Shown here one piece after another: positions 30,250 through 40,250 of a stretch of 64,000 bases of DNA. The stretch covers positions 9,629 to 73,628 of the IMG/VR virus record IMGVR_UViG_3300028844_004552, one strand, 5' to 3'. Origin of the DNA: a virus. How positions within the stretch are numbered: the stretch's first letter is position 1; each line of letters opens with the position of its first letter. The position numbers and the translations under genes were made by a program. The notes below the pieces were generated by a model. That model saw only the letters and a list, made by a program, of their open reading frames with translations, was not told the DNA's origin and did no database searches.

Positions 30250-32694
30250 ATGGAAGAAGAAAAAACATTGGTTAAAAAACTATCAATACCAACTAATGCT
30301 AAAATTAAAGTTTATTGGGATGATGTACCAGAAAACTACAGCAAGGAGAATAAGGTTTTAGTTAGAAACCATTTCGCTACCAAGTATGGTGTTAGCAAGA
30401 CCAATATAAACGTGGTTTATCGACCAATAAAGATTACTGATAAGGGTGAGACAATCGAAATAAATGGTGCTGGGATTGACAACATCATGGATACAAGCTA
30501 CCAACGTGAATTATTCAAAGAGTGGTTAACTAGAGAATCTAAGGATGTTGATTTTAGTCGCCTTATGAAACTAGATGATAAGGTCAATGCTGAGTTGAAT
30601 GAATCTGATAATGGTGGTAATCATCGTGAGTGGTCACTTAAGTGGATAATGATGAATGGGTTCTTATGTTTTGGGGCTAACAACTTTGTATCATTATCTA
30701 ATCTTGATGGACTTACAATCGTAAATTCATATCCAGAAAATCAAGGGGGTAAGACTACCTTTTCTATTGATGCATTTAAATTTGTTCTTTACGGTAAGAC
30801 AACAAAGACCGATAAGAATGAAGAAGTCTTTAATCAATATTGGGACAATAATGACCTAGTTGTTAGAGGTATGTTATCAATTATCGATAAAGAGATTATC
30901 ATTGAAAGAAAGATGACTCGAAAGAAGAAACGTAATGGTGGGTGGAACATAGAGAATAAGTTAAATTTATTTGAGGTATTACCAGATGGTGAAGAGATTC
31001 AAATGAATGATGAGGATGCTAAGGCGACAACAGAAGAGATTAAAAAGGTTGTGGGTGTTGAGGCTGACTTTGAGTTGGTTACACTTGCAACAGCTAGAAA
31101 TCTTGATGACCTTGTTGGTCTTACAACTACCGAGAGTGGTAAACTACTCACAAGATTTATTGGGCTTGACCCAATCGAACGTAAGTCTGAGACATCTAGA
31201 AAGATGTATAATGAATTTGCTAAGACCAAGAAATCTAACATGTATGATGAAACTACACTTAGAAATGAAATTGATGGTTATGATGGAACACCTAATACGG
31301 ATGATGATTTAGAATGTGAACCAAACGCACCACAAGTTCTACGAGTTTACGGACATACGGAGAAAATTGAATTAGCTAATAGAGAAATAATTACCAAAAC
31401 CAAAGAGCTAACAACCAATGACGCTTTAATAACCAAGTATAATGATGAGAAGGATACACTACTTACTAGTAAGAAAACCATAGATGCAGAAATCCTAACA
31501 CTCAATCCATCTAAGTTAAAGGAAGATATTGATGAATTAACAAAGAAGGGTCTTAAGTTAACTGGTGATATTGAAGGACTTAAAAAGAAGATAAAACCAC
31601 TACTTGGAATCACATTTGATGAAGATAGACACCAAGATATTGTTGAAGAGGGTGGAACCTTTAAGACTAACTTAGCGGTCAAGACTGCTGAAATCACTAG
31701 ACTTAAGAAAGTGGTTGAGGATTTAATAGCTGGTGGTATATGTCAAGCATGTAACAGAGCATTGGATGATATTGATAATAGTGCACACATTGCAGAACAT
31801 AACAAAACTATTAAAACATTAGAAGATGAGGGTAGTATTATTCAAGAGAAAATTAACAAATTGGTTATTGAAATAAATTCACTTAACGAACTTAAAGCAA
31901 AGGTTGATGAACGACAGAAACTTGAATTGGATAAGGATAGAACTGAAATTGAAGTTGAGTCCCTTAGAACGCTTATAAAGAGCAAACAAGAAGACCAAAA
32001 GAAGTATAGTAATAATCTAGATGGTATTGAGTTCAATAAGGATATCGATACAAAGGTGTCTTTGATTAAGACTAAATTAAGTGTGTGTGACCATACTAAG
32101 ACTGAGTTAACACAAAAGATTGAGCGCACCAAGATGGATATTACTCAAAACGAAATAGCCATAGTTGACAAGAACAAGATTATTAGTCAAATCAAGAAAG
32201 AGGGTGAGGTTGAGAAACTATTCAAGATATATATCGAAATGGTTGGTAAGAAAGGGATAAGTAAATTGGTTCTTAGGTCAGTCCTACCAATTATTAATTC
32301 AGAGGTTCAAAGGTTATTAGATGGTGTTGTTGATTTTGATGTAGAAATATTCATCAACGATAAGAATGATGTACAATTTATGTTAATCAAGGATGATGTT
32401 GAGAAGTATTTGAAATCTGGTAGTGGTCTTGAGATAACAGCGGCTAGTATTGCACTTAGATGTGTATTAGGTAAGATGTCATGTCTTCCAATGCCTAACT
32501 TCATTACATTCGATGAAGTTCTAGGTAAGGTAGCCAACGTTAACATACCACACATGAAACCATTGTTTGATAAAATAACAGATATGTATGATACTGTGTT
32601 CTTTATCACCCACAACGAGGTAGTGAAGGATTGGGGTGATAATATCATAACAATTAAGAAAGAAAACAATATTTCTAGTATTTATGTTAAATAA
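30250..32694 (+). CDS. sbcC: Rad50/SbcC/gp46-like ABC ATPase recombination subunit
   Basis: Walker A NQGGKTT, coiled coils with zinc hook CQAC, signature SGSGLE, Walker B FITFDEV, H-loop FITHN. Confidence 0.92.
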   Translation: MEEEKTLVKKLSIPTNAKIKVYWDDVPENYSKENKVLVRNHFATKYGVSKTNINVVYRPIKITDKGETIEINGAGIDNIMDTSYQRELFKEWLTRESKDVDFSRLMKLDDKVNAELNESDNGGNHREWSLKWIMMNGFLCFGANNFVSLSNLDGLTIVNSYPENQGGKTTFSIDAFKFVLYGKTTKTDKNEEVFNQYWDNNDLVVRGMLSIIDKEIIIERKMTRKKKRNGGWNIENKLNLFEVLPDGEEIQMNDEDAKATTEEIKKVVGVEADFELVTLATARNLDDLVGLTTTESGKLLTRFIGLDPIERKSETSRKMYNEFAKTKKSNMYDETTLRNEIDGYDGTPNTDDDLECEPNAPQVLRVYGHTEKIELANREIITKTKELTTNDALITKYNDEKDTLLTSKKTIDAEILTLNPSKLKEDIDELTKKGLKLTGDIEGLKKKIKPLLGITFDEDRHQDIVEEGGTFKTNLAVKTAEITRLKKVVEDLIAGGICQACNRALDDIDNSAHIAEHNKTIKTLEDEGSIIQEKINKLVIEINSLNELKAKVDERQKLELDKDRTEIEVESLRTLIKSKQEDQKKYSNNLDGIEFNKDIDTKVSLIKTKLSVCDHTKTELTQKIERTKMDITQNEIAIVDKNKIISQIKKEGEVEKLFKIYIEMVGKKGISKLVLRSVLPIINSEVQRLLDGVVDFDVEIFINDKNDVQFMLIKDDVEKYLKSGSGLEITAASIALRCVLGKMSCLPMPNFITFDEVLGKVANVNIPHMKPLFDKITDMYDTVFFITHNEVVKDWGDNIITIKKENNISSIYVK

Positions 32695-32748
32695 ACGTGC
32701 TATTTCAAATAAAATTTAGTATATTTGTATTATTAATAAAAATAATGT

Positions 32749-33270
32749 ATGAAATTTAGAAATTATTGTATTGTTGTAATGGGAAAAATGGGTGCTGTCA
32801 AAGATGAAATCATCAAGATTGCTGAAACCAAACCTAGATATTTAGATGCTACAGGTATTCTTATCGCAACATTCGCTAGTGTCGCTGAACCAGCTGAACT
32901 AGAAGAGTTTTTCAAAAGAGATGGACGGTCCTTTTTAATATTTGACCTAAATAAAGAAAATTCAGCATATCATTTAGATAACTTAGGTTTTAATACCCAT
33001 CTATTTGGTGATATATTGGAACGAGAGGAAAAACTTAAGGAGATGTCAGATAAGATTATGCAAGAAATATCTGGGTCAACCGAACAAAAGGGTAGACGAA
33101 GTGCTGTTATCATGGAGCCACAAATAAATATTGAGACCGAAGTGAAGGTCGAAGATTTATCTCCAAAAGAAAGAGAAGAATTAGTAAACGAAATATTTGA
33201 CAAAGGTGTTGATAAAATGACGAATTCTGATAAAAAATTACTAGAGAAAATTAGTAATTTTAAACCCTAA
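32749..33270 (+). CDS. Hypothetical protein with short C-terminal helical motif
   Basis: C-term LVNEIFDKGVDKMTNSDKKLL; preceded by tagtatatttg promoter. Confidence 0.7.
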   Translation: MKFRNYCIVVMGKMGAVKDEIIKIAETKPRYLDATGILIATFASVAEPAELEEFFKRDGRSFLIFDLNKENSAYHLDNLGFNTHLFGDILEREEKLKEMSDKIMQEISGSTEQKGRRSAVIMEPQINIETEVKVEDLSPKEREELVNEIFDKGVDKMTNSDKKLLEKISNFKP

Positions 33271-33348
33271 AAACCTTTACTTTTGGGGTAAAACTCGTAT
33301 ATTTATGTGTTTATAGAACACATAAGATTAGAGTATAAAAAATGTTTA

Positions 33349-34125
33349 ATGAGTAAAAATTTTGTAAGTAACTATGGAGAAGATTGCATAGGAAAGTATT
33401 TTAATGACGTAAGAAATTCATCAGAGCTATTAACCGCAGAACAAGAGGTAGCAATAGCGAATAGAATTAAAGCTGGTGACAGCAAAGCGATTGACGAATT
33501 AGTTAAAGCTAACCTTAAATTCGTAATATCAATAGCTAAAGAATATCAAAATCAAGGATTGGGTTTAAATGACCTAATCAACGAAGGTAACTACGGTTTA
33601 ATCAAAGCCGCTGTCAGATTTGACGCAACTAGAGGTTTTAGATTTATATCATATGCCGTATGGTGGATTAAACAATCAATTATTCAAAGTCTTAATGACA
33701 ATGCTAGAATGATTAGACTTCCAGAGAGAGAAGCGTATATTGGAGAAGTTTTAAATAGTGACGACGAAGAGGAAGACCTTGAAGTAATATCTACACCAAC
33801 TGTTAATTCGTTGAACGCAAAAATCAACGAAGAAGGTAGTGAATTGTATGAAATGATTGAAGACACATCAAATGAGGAATCGGATTATTACATAGATGCT
33901 AAAGTAAAAGAGGAATTAGATAGAATCCTTAGTATATTAAACGAAAGGGAACGAAATATAATTCAATGTTACTTCGGTGTGAATACTGAAACTGAATCAA
34001 TGACACTTGAGGATATTGGTGATAAATACAGTTTAACCAAAGAAAGAATCAGACAAATCAAGGAGAAAACAATCAGAAAGATTAGGCATCACTCTAGCTT
34101 CTTATTTGAGTTATTAAAGGACTAA
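33349..34125 (+). CDS. RNA polymerase sigma-70 family factor (RpoD/SigA-like), region 3.0 apparently shortened
   Basis: LVKANLKFVISIAKEY, DLINEGNYGLIKAAVRFD..RGFRFISYAVWWIKQSI, IRLP, and region 4 TLEDIGDKYSLTKERIRQI. Confidence 0.92.
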   Translation: MSKNFVSNYGEDCIGKYFNDVRNSSELLTAEQEVAIANRIKAGDSKAIDELVKANLKFVISIAKEYQNQGLGLNDLINEGNYGLIKAAVRFDATRGFRFISYAVWWIKQSIIQSLNDNARMIRLPEREAYIGEVLNSDDEEEDLEVISTPTVNSLNAKINEEGSELYEMIEDTSNEESDYYIDAKVKEELDRILSILNERERNIIQCYFGVNTETESMTLEDIGDKYSLTKERIRQIKEKTIRKIRHHSSFLFELLKD

Positions 34126-34126
34126 T

Positions 34127-34149
34127 AAAGGGGGTGTAAACCCCTTTTT
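34127..34149 (+). terminator. Rho-independent terminator
   Basis: aaagggg-gtgtaaa-ccccttttt hairpin after sigma gene. Confidence 0.75.
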
Positions 34150-34173
34150 ATACAATATCAGATATTTATTGTT

Positions 34174-35463
34174 ATGAAAAAAATATTATTGTACTTAGTA
34201 TTGTTAATGGCATTATCACTAGCTGGTATTGTGGCGTATGTATCGGTTAATGGTCTATTGAAGATTTTTACTGGTGCTGGGACTGTAGGTCTTATGTTTT
34301 TCACAGCTGTTGAGGTTGCTAAGGTTGTTGCAACATCTGTAATCCATACTTATGGTAAAAGGATAGGTTGGTTCTATAATATATTATTATCATTGAGTAT
34401 TCTTATCGCCATGGCAATAACATCTATGGGTATTTACGGGTATTTATCATCTTCATACAAGGATAGCTTTGCTAAGATGGAAAATGTTGATAGTCAAGTA
34501 GAATTATTGGAAAGTAAACGAGATGGTTACCAAGACCAATTAGTATTTATTGTGGATGAGAAAGAGACACTTAATAACACCATTGGTGAGTTAAGTAAAG
34601 GTCTTGCAAATAATGTAATCCAATATAGAGACCCAACAACGGGGGAAATCATAACCACAACGTCATCATCAACAAGAAGGGCTTTAGAAAAACAATTAGA
34701 CAATGCAATTATCAGACAATCAAGCGTAAATGCAAAGGCTGATAGTCTTAGCACAATTATATTTGACCTTGAAAATGAAATACTTGAAACTAAACTAAGT
34801 AATGATTCAGCTAGTGAGTTAAGTACATTACAATATTTATCCGACATTACTGGTAAATCTATGGATGAGGTTATGAAGTGGTTTATTCTACTTCTAATTA
34901 TCATAGGTGACCCAATGGCAGTACTATTAGTTATTGTATTCAATAAAGTGGTTAAGAAAGATGAAAATGATGCTCCAAGTGATGCGGCAAGTGATGCTCC
35001 AAAACCAAGAATCCCATCTGAGGATTTATTCGATGTGATGCCATCAACAACACCAATGGAAGAAAATCCAGACTCGATGTTTAAATTAGAACCCATTTAT
35101 GATGCGGTAAATGATGCGCCAAGCGAAGAACCAAGTGAAATTCCAGAAGAGGTTGAGGAAGAAGCGAATAAATTAGCTGAAAAACTTAACAGACCTGTTG
35201 TTATTAGAGAGGTAACACCAGAAAATATTGATGAGGAACAAATTGAAGAAGTTATTGAAGAGCCAATCGAAGAGGTTAAGAGGGAACCAATAATCCCAAG
35301 AGGAAAGATTATTGAAGAAGACCTTAAGAAGGATAGAGGGTTTTCTGTTGATGTTCCAGAACCACACATAACTAGAATTGGTTCGAATAAAGAAGTTTCT
35401 GACAGTGAACCTTCGAAGGTTTGGTTTAAGAGAAAAAGGGGTGACGAATTAACAAATGAGTAA
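34174..35463 (+). CDS. Multi-pass membrane protein with coiled coil and acidic tail
   Basis: Three N-terminal hydrophobic helices, coiled coil, fourth TM (WFILLLIIIGDPMAVLLVIVF), Glu/Pro-rich C-terminus. Confidence 0.75.
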   Translation: MKKILLYLVLLMALSLAGIVAYVSVNGLLKIFTGAGTVGLMFFTAVEVAKVVATSVIHTYGKRIGWFYNILLSLSILIAMAITSMGIYGYLSSSYKDSFAKMENVDSQVELLESKRDGYQDQLVFIVDEKETLNNTIGELSKGLANNVIQYRDPTTGEIITTTSSSTRRALEKQLDNAIIRQSSVNAKADSLSTIIFDLENEILETKLSNDSASELSTLQYLSDITGKSMDEVMKWFILLLIIIGDPMAVLLVIVFNKVVKKDENDAPSDAASDAPKPRIPSEDLFDVMPSTTPMEENPDSMFKLEPIYDAVNDAPSEEPSEIPEEVEEEANKLAEKLNRPVVIREVTPENIDEEQIEEVIEEPIEEVKREPIIPRGKIIEEDLKKDRGFSVDVPEPHITRIGSNKEVSDSEPSKVWFKRKRGDELTNE

Positions 35464-36076
35464 ATTAAAAATCAATAACAAATCTTATAAGCTAGGGACC
35501 AAAAACTATATCCCTAGACACACTAGTAAACAACAGATTGTTATTGCTAACACCTTTTCTGAAAACATGAATCATTTTGGTGGTTGGAAAACTAGACATG
35601 GTGGGAACTTTAATAGAACTGCTGCATTTACCATCGATATATATGGAAATATCTACCAACACTTCCCTCCAAAATACCATTCAAATTTCTTAGGTATCAA
35701 AGGTGTTGACGAACACATAATAACAATTCTTATCGAAAATGAAGGATGGTTAAAAAAAGATATTCTAGGTAATGGGTACATTAACTATGTTGGTAATATT
35801 TATAATAGACAAGATGCTATTATTGAAAAGCGTTGGCGAGACCAAGAATATTGGGCTCCATACACTAAAGACCAAGTAGAATCTGCCTTAAAACTTTCAG
35901 AGTACTTATGTGCTACATTTGGTATACCATTCCAAACAGTAGGTCATAACACGAGAGTTGATGGGATTTATGATTTTAATGGTGTTGTATATAAGAGTAA
36001 CTTTGAAAGACATTACACAGACCTTAGCCCAGCTTGGGATTGTGGTGATTTTAAAAATAAATTAGAATTAAAATAG
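35456..36076 (+). CDS. N-acetylmuramoyl-L-alanine amidase-like protein (degenerate)
   Basis: Similar layout to Amidase_2 (IENEGW, YTKDQVES, GHN), but IVIANT replaces the HHT zinc-ligand motif. Confidence 0.65.
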   Translation: MSKLKINNKSYKLGTKNYIPRHTSKQQIVIANTFSENMNHFGGWKTRHGGNFNRTAAFTIDIYGNIYQHFPPKYHSNFLGIKGVDEHIITILIENEGWLKKDILGNGYINYVGNIYNRQDAIIEKRWRDQEYWAPYTKDQVESALKLSEYLCATFGIPFQTVGHNTRVDGIYDFNGVVYKSNFERHYTDLSPAWDCGDFKNKLELK

Positions 36077-36080
36077 GAAT

Positions 36081-36617
36081 ATGGAGAATACAGACGAACA
36101 CGATGTAACAAGAAACATGCTTAACACGCTTAGAGGTGGTACTAACACAACACCATCATTAAACGAGAACACTCAAACAAATCAACCAAGTAAAAAGGTG
36201 GAAGTAATTGATGAGCATGATATGACAAAGAAGATGCTTGACAATATCAGAACTAGCGCATTAAGTGAGAGACATGATAGAATTGGTCAAGTACTGACTG
36301 AGGGTACCAATGACGTTATCAAAGTTGAAGATGAGGAACTAGGTGAAGAGGCTACTAAATTTAATGATATGGTTGGTGGTGTTGACTTCAAACAATACGA
36401 AGTTTATCCACAAGATAGAAATGTTATAATGGTAGGTGTATTAGATAATGGTATTGAGTTTAAGTTCTCTAAGAAAGAACAAGCACCATATATCAATGCT
36501 AATAATCTTAGATTAGATTCTGACACTCTTGAGGTTATCAAGAAATTACAAGGTTACTATACTAACTGGTCTGCTGAGTGGGCTACAAAAATTACTGATT
36601 ATACTCAAAGCGTTTAA
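36081..36617 (+). CDS. Hypothetical protein (probable head-associated)
   Basis: Internal repeat DEHDVTRNMLNTLR / DEHDMTKKMLDNIR; several LxE sites. Confidence 0.65.
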   Translation: MENTDEHDVTRNMLNTLRGGTNTTPSLNENTQTNQPSKKVEVIDEHDMTKKMLDNIRTSALSERHDRIGQVLTEGTNDVIKVEDEELGEEATKFNDMVGGVDFKQYEVYPQDRNVIMVGVLDNGIEFKFSKKEQAPYINANNLRLDSDTLEVIKKLQGYYTNWSAEWATKITDYTQSV

Positions 36618-36619
36618 AT

Positions 36620-36988
36620 ATGTTTAGAAATATAAAACTAGACATAAAATCGATTTTTATAATTATCTTAGGTGGGTTATTGATATTGAGTTTCATCTTT
36701 AGACCTAAGAAGGCTATTGATACATATGAAAATGAGATTAACATGTTACATGAGGAAAATAGGTTATTATTCAATGAGAATGATAGCCTTAGTTTGGCAA
36801 ATAAAGTATTAGATGGTGAGGTTGATAGAATCATGATTGTGATTGCTGAAACCGAAATCAAAATGGATGCAACTAACGAAAGAATTAAAGTTTTAGAAGA
36901 TGAAAAAAATAAAGTATCTACTCATGTTGATGGTCTTGACGCTGATGGGATTTCAGAGTCACTCACAGAATACCTCAACAGACGATAG
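36620..36988 (+). CDS. N-terminally anchored coiled-coil protein (i-spanin-like candidate)
   Basis: Single N-terminal TM then coiled coil; overlaps next gene by 89 nt. Confidence 0.55.
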   Translation: MFRNIKLDIKSIFIIILGGLLILSFIFRPKKAIDTYENEINMLHEENRLLFNENDSLSLANKVLDGEVDRIMIVIAETEIKMDATNERIKVLEDEKNKVSTHVDGLDADGISESLTEYLNRR

Positions 36989-37373
36989 AGTAAAGGTAAC
37001 AATAGCACCCAACGGTGATACACTTGTTACAATGCCATATGAGGACGCTAGAATCCTTTTAAATGATGTTTTGGAGTATGAGTATACTGACAGTCTATTA
37101 ACTGTTTATATGGAACGTGACAGCCTTAATACGCAAACTATAACACTACAAAAGATTATATTATCTAAATTAAGTAGGACAAATGACAATTTAGAGACTA
37201 TGCTTAGTAATCTAGAACAAGTAATTGAGAACAAGGATACTGAGATGTTATTAAAGGATGATATCATCAAACAACAAAAGAAGGAAATTAGGAAACAGAA
37301 GGTTCTAAAGGTAATCGGCTTTACAAGTGCGGTGGTACTACCAATCATAACATTATTTATAGTAGCAAAGTAA
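36900..37373 (+). CDS. Secreted coiled-coil protein with C-terminal membrane anchor (spanin-like candidate)
   Basis: Signal peptide MKKIKYLLMLMVLTLMGFQSHS-Q, C-terminal hydrophobic helix. Confidence 0.55.
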   Translation: MKKIKYLLMLMVLTLMGFQSHSQNTSTDDRVKVTIAPNGDTLVTMPYEDARILLNDVLEYEYTDSLLTVYMERDSLNTQTITLQKIILSKLSRTNDNLETMLSNLEQVIENKDTEMLLKDDIIKQQKKEIRKQKVLKVIGFTSAVVLPIITLFIVAK

Positions 37374-37426
37374 TAAAAAACACAAATTAATCTATTTATA
37401 GTCATAACAAGTTTTAAAACAATATT

Positions 37427-37909
37427 ATGGCTGATTTAATTAGAGAAGTTAGAATACCCTACGAACCGAAAATGGGAAATAGGTGGGTGGTTGAATTACT
37501 ACCAAAAAATAACAATGAGGAAGTGAACATGTTACTTGTTCGACCATCAAAAGACGCAGATAGAATAGATGAGTGGATTATTCACTCAACTGAAAGACCA
37601 ACATTCAAAAGGACAAAATTTTGGAAATTCTGGAAACGATATGAAGTTGATGAGTTACACATGACAATGATGGACCCAATTGGACCATCAACAGCACAGA
37701 AACTCTATAAAATATTAGAATCTGGCAAAAGGATTGATTATGATTTATGTATATTAGACCCAACTGGGGTAACCATTGAAAAGTGGGAAATTAGGGGTTG
37801 TAAGATTTTAACACTTAATTTTGATAGGTTAGATTATGAAGAGAAACCAACTAAACTTTTGAAGTGCTTATTAAGGCTTCAACCTAAGACAGCTAAGTTG
37901 TTATTCTAA
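37427..37909 (+). CDS. Diverged tail-tube (T4 gp19-like) paralog
   Basis: YEPK..NRW, RP, DPIGPS.AQ, LDPTGVTIEKW...GC, F..LDY motifs of myophage tube proteins. Confidence 0.75.
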   Translation: MADLIREVRIPYEPKMGNRWVVELLPKNNNEEVNMLLVRPSKDADRIDEWIIHSTERPTFKRTKFWKFWKRYEVDELHMTMMDPIGPSTAQKLYKILESGKRIDYDLCILDPTGVTIEKWEIRGCKILTLNFDRLDYEEKPTKLLKCLLRLQPKTAKLLF

Positions 37910-37933
37910 AAGGAGCCCATAGGGGCTTTTTTT
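37908..37933 (+). terminator. Rho-independent terminator
   Basis: ggagccc-atag-gggcttt hairpin with T-tract. Confidence 0.75.
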
Positions 37934-37966
37934 AGTTGTGAGAACATATTTATATAAAAACTAAAG

Positions 37967-38317
37967 ATGAGACTAGCTATTTGTTCGGAATGTGATAAAT
38001 TAGGACCAATAACCCCAGCGTTAAATGAGGGTGGTCTTTGTTCTAGTTGTTGGTCAAAAGACCACGACAAGAAATCGATTGATAATATAAACGAAGAGCT
38101 AACTAAGTCTGATGTTAAAAAACAAATCGGTAATTATATGGATTCAGCTGAATTCAGAGGTAAGGTTGAACGAATTGTAAGAGATAGAATTAAGAACGAA
38201 AAGGAACTAGAGAAAAAGGTTGTTGATATTACCAAGAATGTAATAACTCAATTATATAAAACGCTATGGACTAGAAGAGGTATGTGGCAATCTCAGTTAA
38301 AAAATCAAAAGACCTAA
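37967..38317 (+). CDS. Hypothetical protein with N-terminal CxxC-CxxC
   Basis: CSEC...CSSC then helical C-terminus; atatttata motif upstream. Confidence 0.65.
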   Translation: MRLAICSECDKLGPITPALNEGGLCSSCWSKDHDKKSIDNINEELTKSDVKKQIGNYMDSAEFRGKVERIVRDRIKNEKELEKKVVDITKNVITQLYKTLWTRRGMWQSQLKNQKT

Positions 38318-40197
38318 TGAAAAAGATTAAGATTACAGAAGACCAAAAGGGTATGTTAGACAAGGTTGGTGCTAAATTACAAGAAAGTATACCACCTAGT
38401 CAATCACCAGCTTTAAAAGTAAGTAAAGCATTTAAAGCTGAGACTAAAGGTCTTGAGGGGATTAAGACTGAAAACGAACATCCACCAATGGGTGCTGTTA
38501 TAGTAGGTGTTGAATGGTCTGAATTAGCACCACATGTTCTAGAATTTATTAAAAAATTATATACAAATCCTTCTAAGGAAGGTCTTGACCCATTTTGGAA
38601 TCAAGTTGGTCTTACATGGGACGAGATGGTTCAAATGCTTACAAAGTTAGACCTTATCAAAAGTGTTGATGGTGGTTATAGACTTACAAAGTTTGTTGAT
38701 GAACCAATCAAGAACGTTAAAATTGTTGGTAAGTTATTAGAAAAGATGATAAACGACAAGCACCAACCTAAAGAGGAAGAACCAGAAGTTGCTGAGACAA
38801 CTCAAGCGGATATTGCTAAGTCACTTAAACAACAAGTATCAGAACCAAAGAAAACTGGTAAGACTCGTGAAGAGTTATTGGCTGTTATCGCACAAAAGAA
38901 AAAAGAAGAATTAGAAAGAAGAGAAGCCGAAGCTGCAAAGCCTATCGGTGAGGCTGATTGGTTCGATGGACATCCAGACCACCCAGCAAATCAAGTAGAT
39001 AATACTGAAAGAGGTATTAGACCAGAATCATCACCATATAATCTTGTATGGTTTAGTGATGATGTTGCTATATTTACCAAGGATGGACAATACTTCGCAT
39101 TCAACGTCACTTCAACGGATAATGATGAATACGCAGAATATGCTGACAGAGAAGCTATGGACATGGGACAAGATGAAGATGGATTTGCCAATGTTGAATA
39201 TGGTGATTGGTCATTAAATGGTGATATTGTCAATGCATATGTTAATAACAATATAGACCACTTAAGTTTCGGTAAGGGATTAGGTGATTATGAGAATGGT
39301 ATTGACATGTCACTTATCACTCAAGACTTAGCAACAGACTTAATATCATTTGCCAACTATATTGGTGGTGAAGAAGGTGCAAAATTAAATAAGATACTTA
39401 CATCAATCAATCTTGAAGAAGTTACAGCTGCTGCTGGTTCATCGGGTGCGTTTGTTGGTAAGATGGGTGGTTCACCAGCACCAATACATAAGGGTAATGT
39501 AAGTTCTGAAATGAATATGATTACTGATGGTGAAATGGAAGACCAAACTACAAAAGAAGATATATTAAATACACTTAAACAATTAACTGTTGATGGTAAT
39601 ATAGATGTTGCTGAATGGTTCTCATTTGAGGGTGAGTTAAAACGTGTTGTTGACCTTATTCAATCTTTAAACAACGAAGAATGGAATCCAGTAATAATGT
39701 TTATAGTAAAGAGTCTTCAAGTTGCTGAGAGTATTATGGCTGGTAATCACGATGAGATGACTAAATTCAAACAATACCTTAGAAGTCTTGCACAATTTAT
39801 TAATCACTTTGATTCTTTACCGTTAGGTGAAGCAACAACAGTTACATCTGCTGGTGGTGATTCTGGAACCTTCGCATTCGATGTCCCAATGGGAGATGGT
39901 GGTGAGTTTTGGACTGCTGGTAATAAGATGGCTAAGAAAGGTATAAAGGAAGATGCTAAGACAGACACTCAATATCCTAAGGGAGAATTTGTGGAGTTTG
40001 ATGACTGTGTTAAACTAAACAATAATAAGGTTGCACAAAACGGGGGTTGTTCTGTTGGTGCTGTTGACAATGTCGTAAAAACTAAGACTAGTAAGAACTC
40101 AGTAATTTCAGATAATGCACTGTATTTAGAGATATCTATGGCAACTGGTCGAACTATTGATGAGGTTAAGGGACTTATAGAAAATAAAATTAAGTAA
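38317..40197 (+). CDS. Large acidic multi-module protein (probable head/internal protein)
   Basis: ATG 38317 coupled to upstream stop; MKKIKITEDQ leader; multiple (L/I/V)xE sites. Confidence 0.65.
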   Translation: MKKIKITEDQKGMLDKVGAKLQESIPPSQSPALKVSKAFKAETKGLEGIKTENEHPPMGAVIVGVEWSELAPHVLEFIKKLYTNPSKEGLDPFWNQVGLTWDEMVQMLTKLDLIKSVDGGYRLTKFVDEPIKNVKIVGKLLEKMINDKHQPKEEEPEVAETTQADIAKSLKQQVSEPKKTGKTREELLAVIAQKKKEELERREAEAAKPIGEADWFDGHPDHPANQVDNTERGIRPESSPYNLVWFSDDVAIFTKDGQYFAFNVTSTDNDEYAEYADREAMDMGQDEDGFANVEYGDWSLNGDIVNAYVNNNIDHLSFGKGLGDYENGIDMSLITQDLATDLISFANYIGGEEGAKLNKILTSINLEEVTAAAGSSGAFVGKMGGSPAPIHKGNVSSEMNMITDGEMEDQTTKEDILNTLKQLTVDGNIDVAEWFSFEGELKRVVDLIQSLNNEEWNPVIMFIVKSLQVAESIMAGNHDEMTKFKQYLRSLAQFINHFDSLPLGEATTVTSAGGDSGTFAFDVPMGDGGEFWTAGNKMAKKGIKEDAKTDTQYPKGEFVEFDDCVKLNNNKVAQNGGCSVGAVDNVVKTKTSKNSVISDNALYLEISMATGRTIDEVKGLIENKIK

Positions 40198-40250
40198 ACA
40201 ATATAAACTTTACTAAAAATAAAGATATTTATTATTAAACGTATAGTAAT

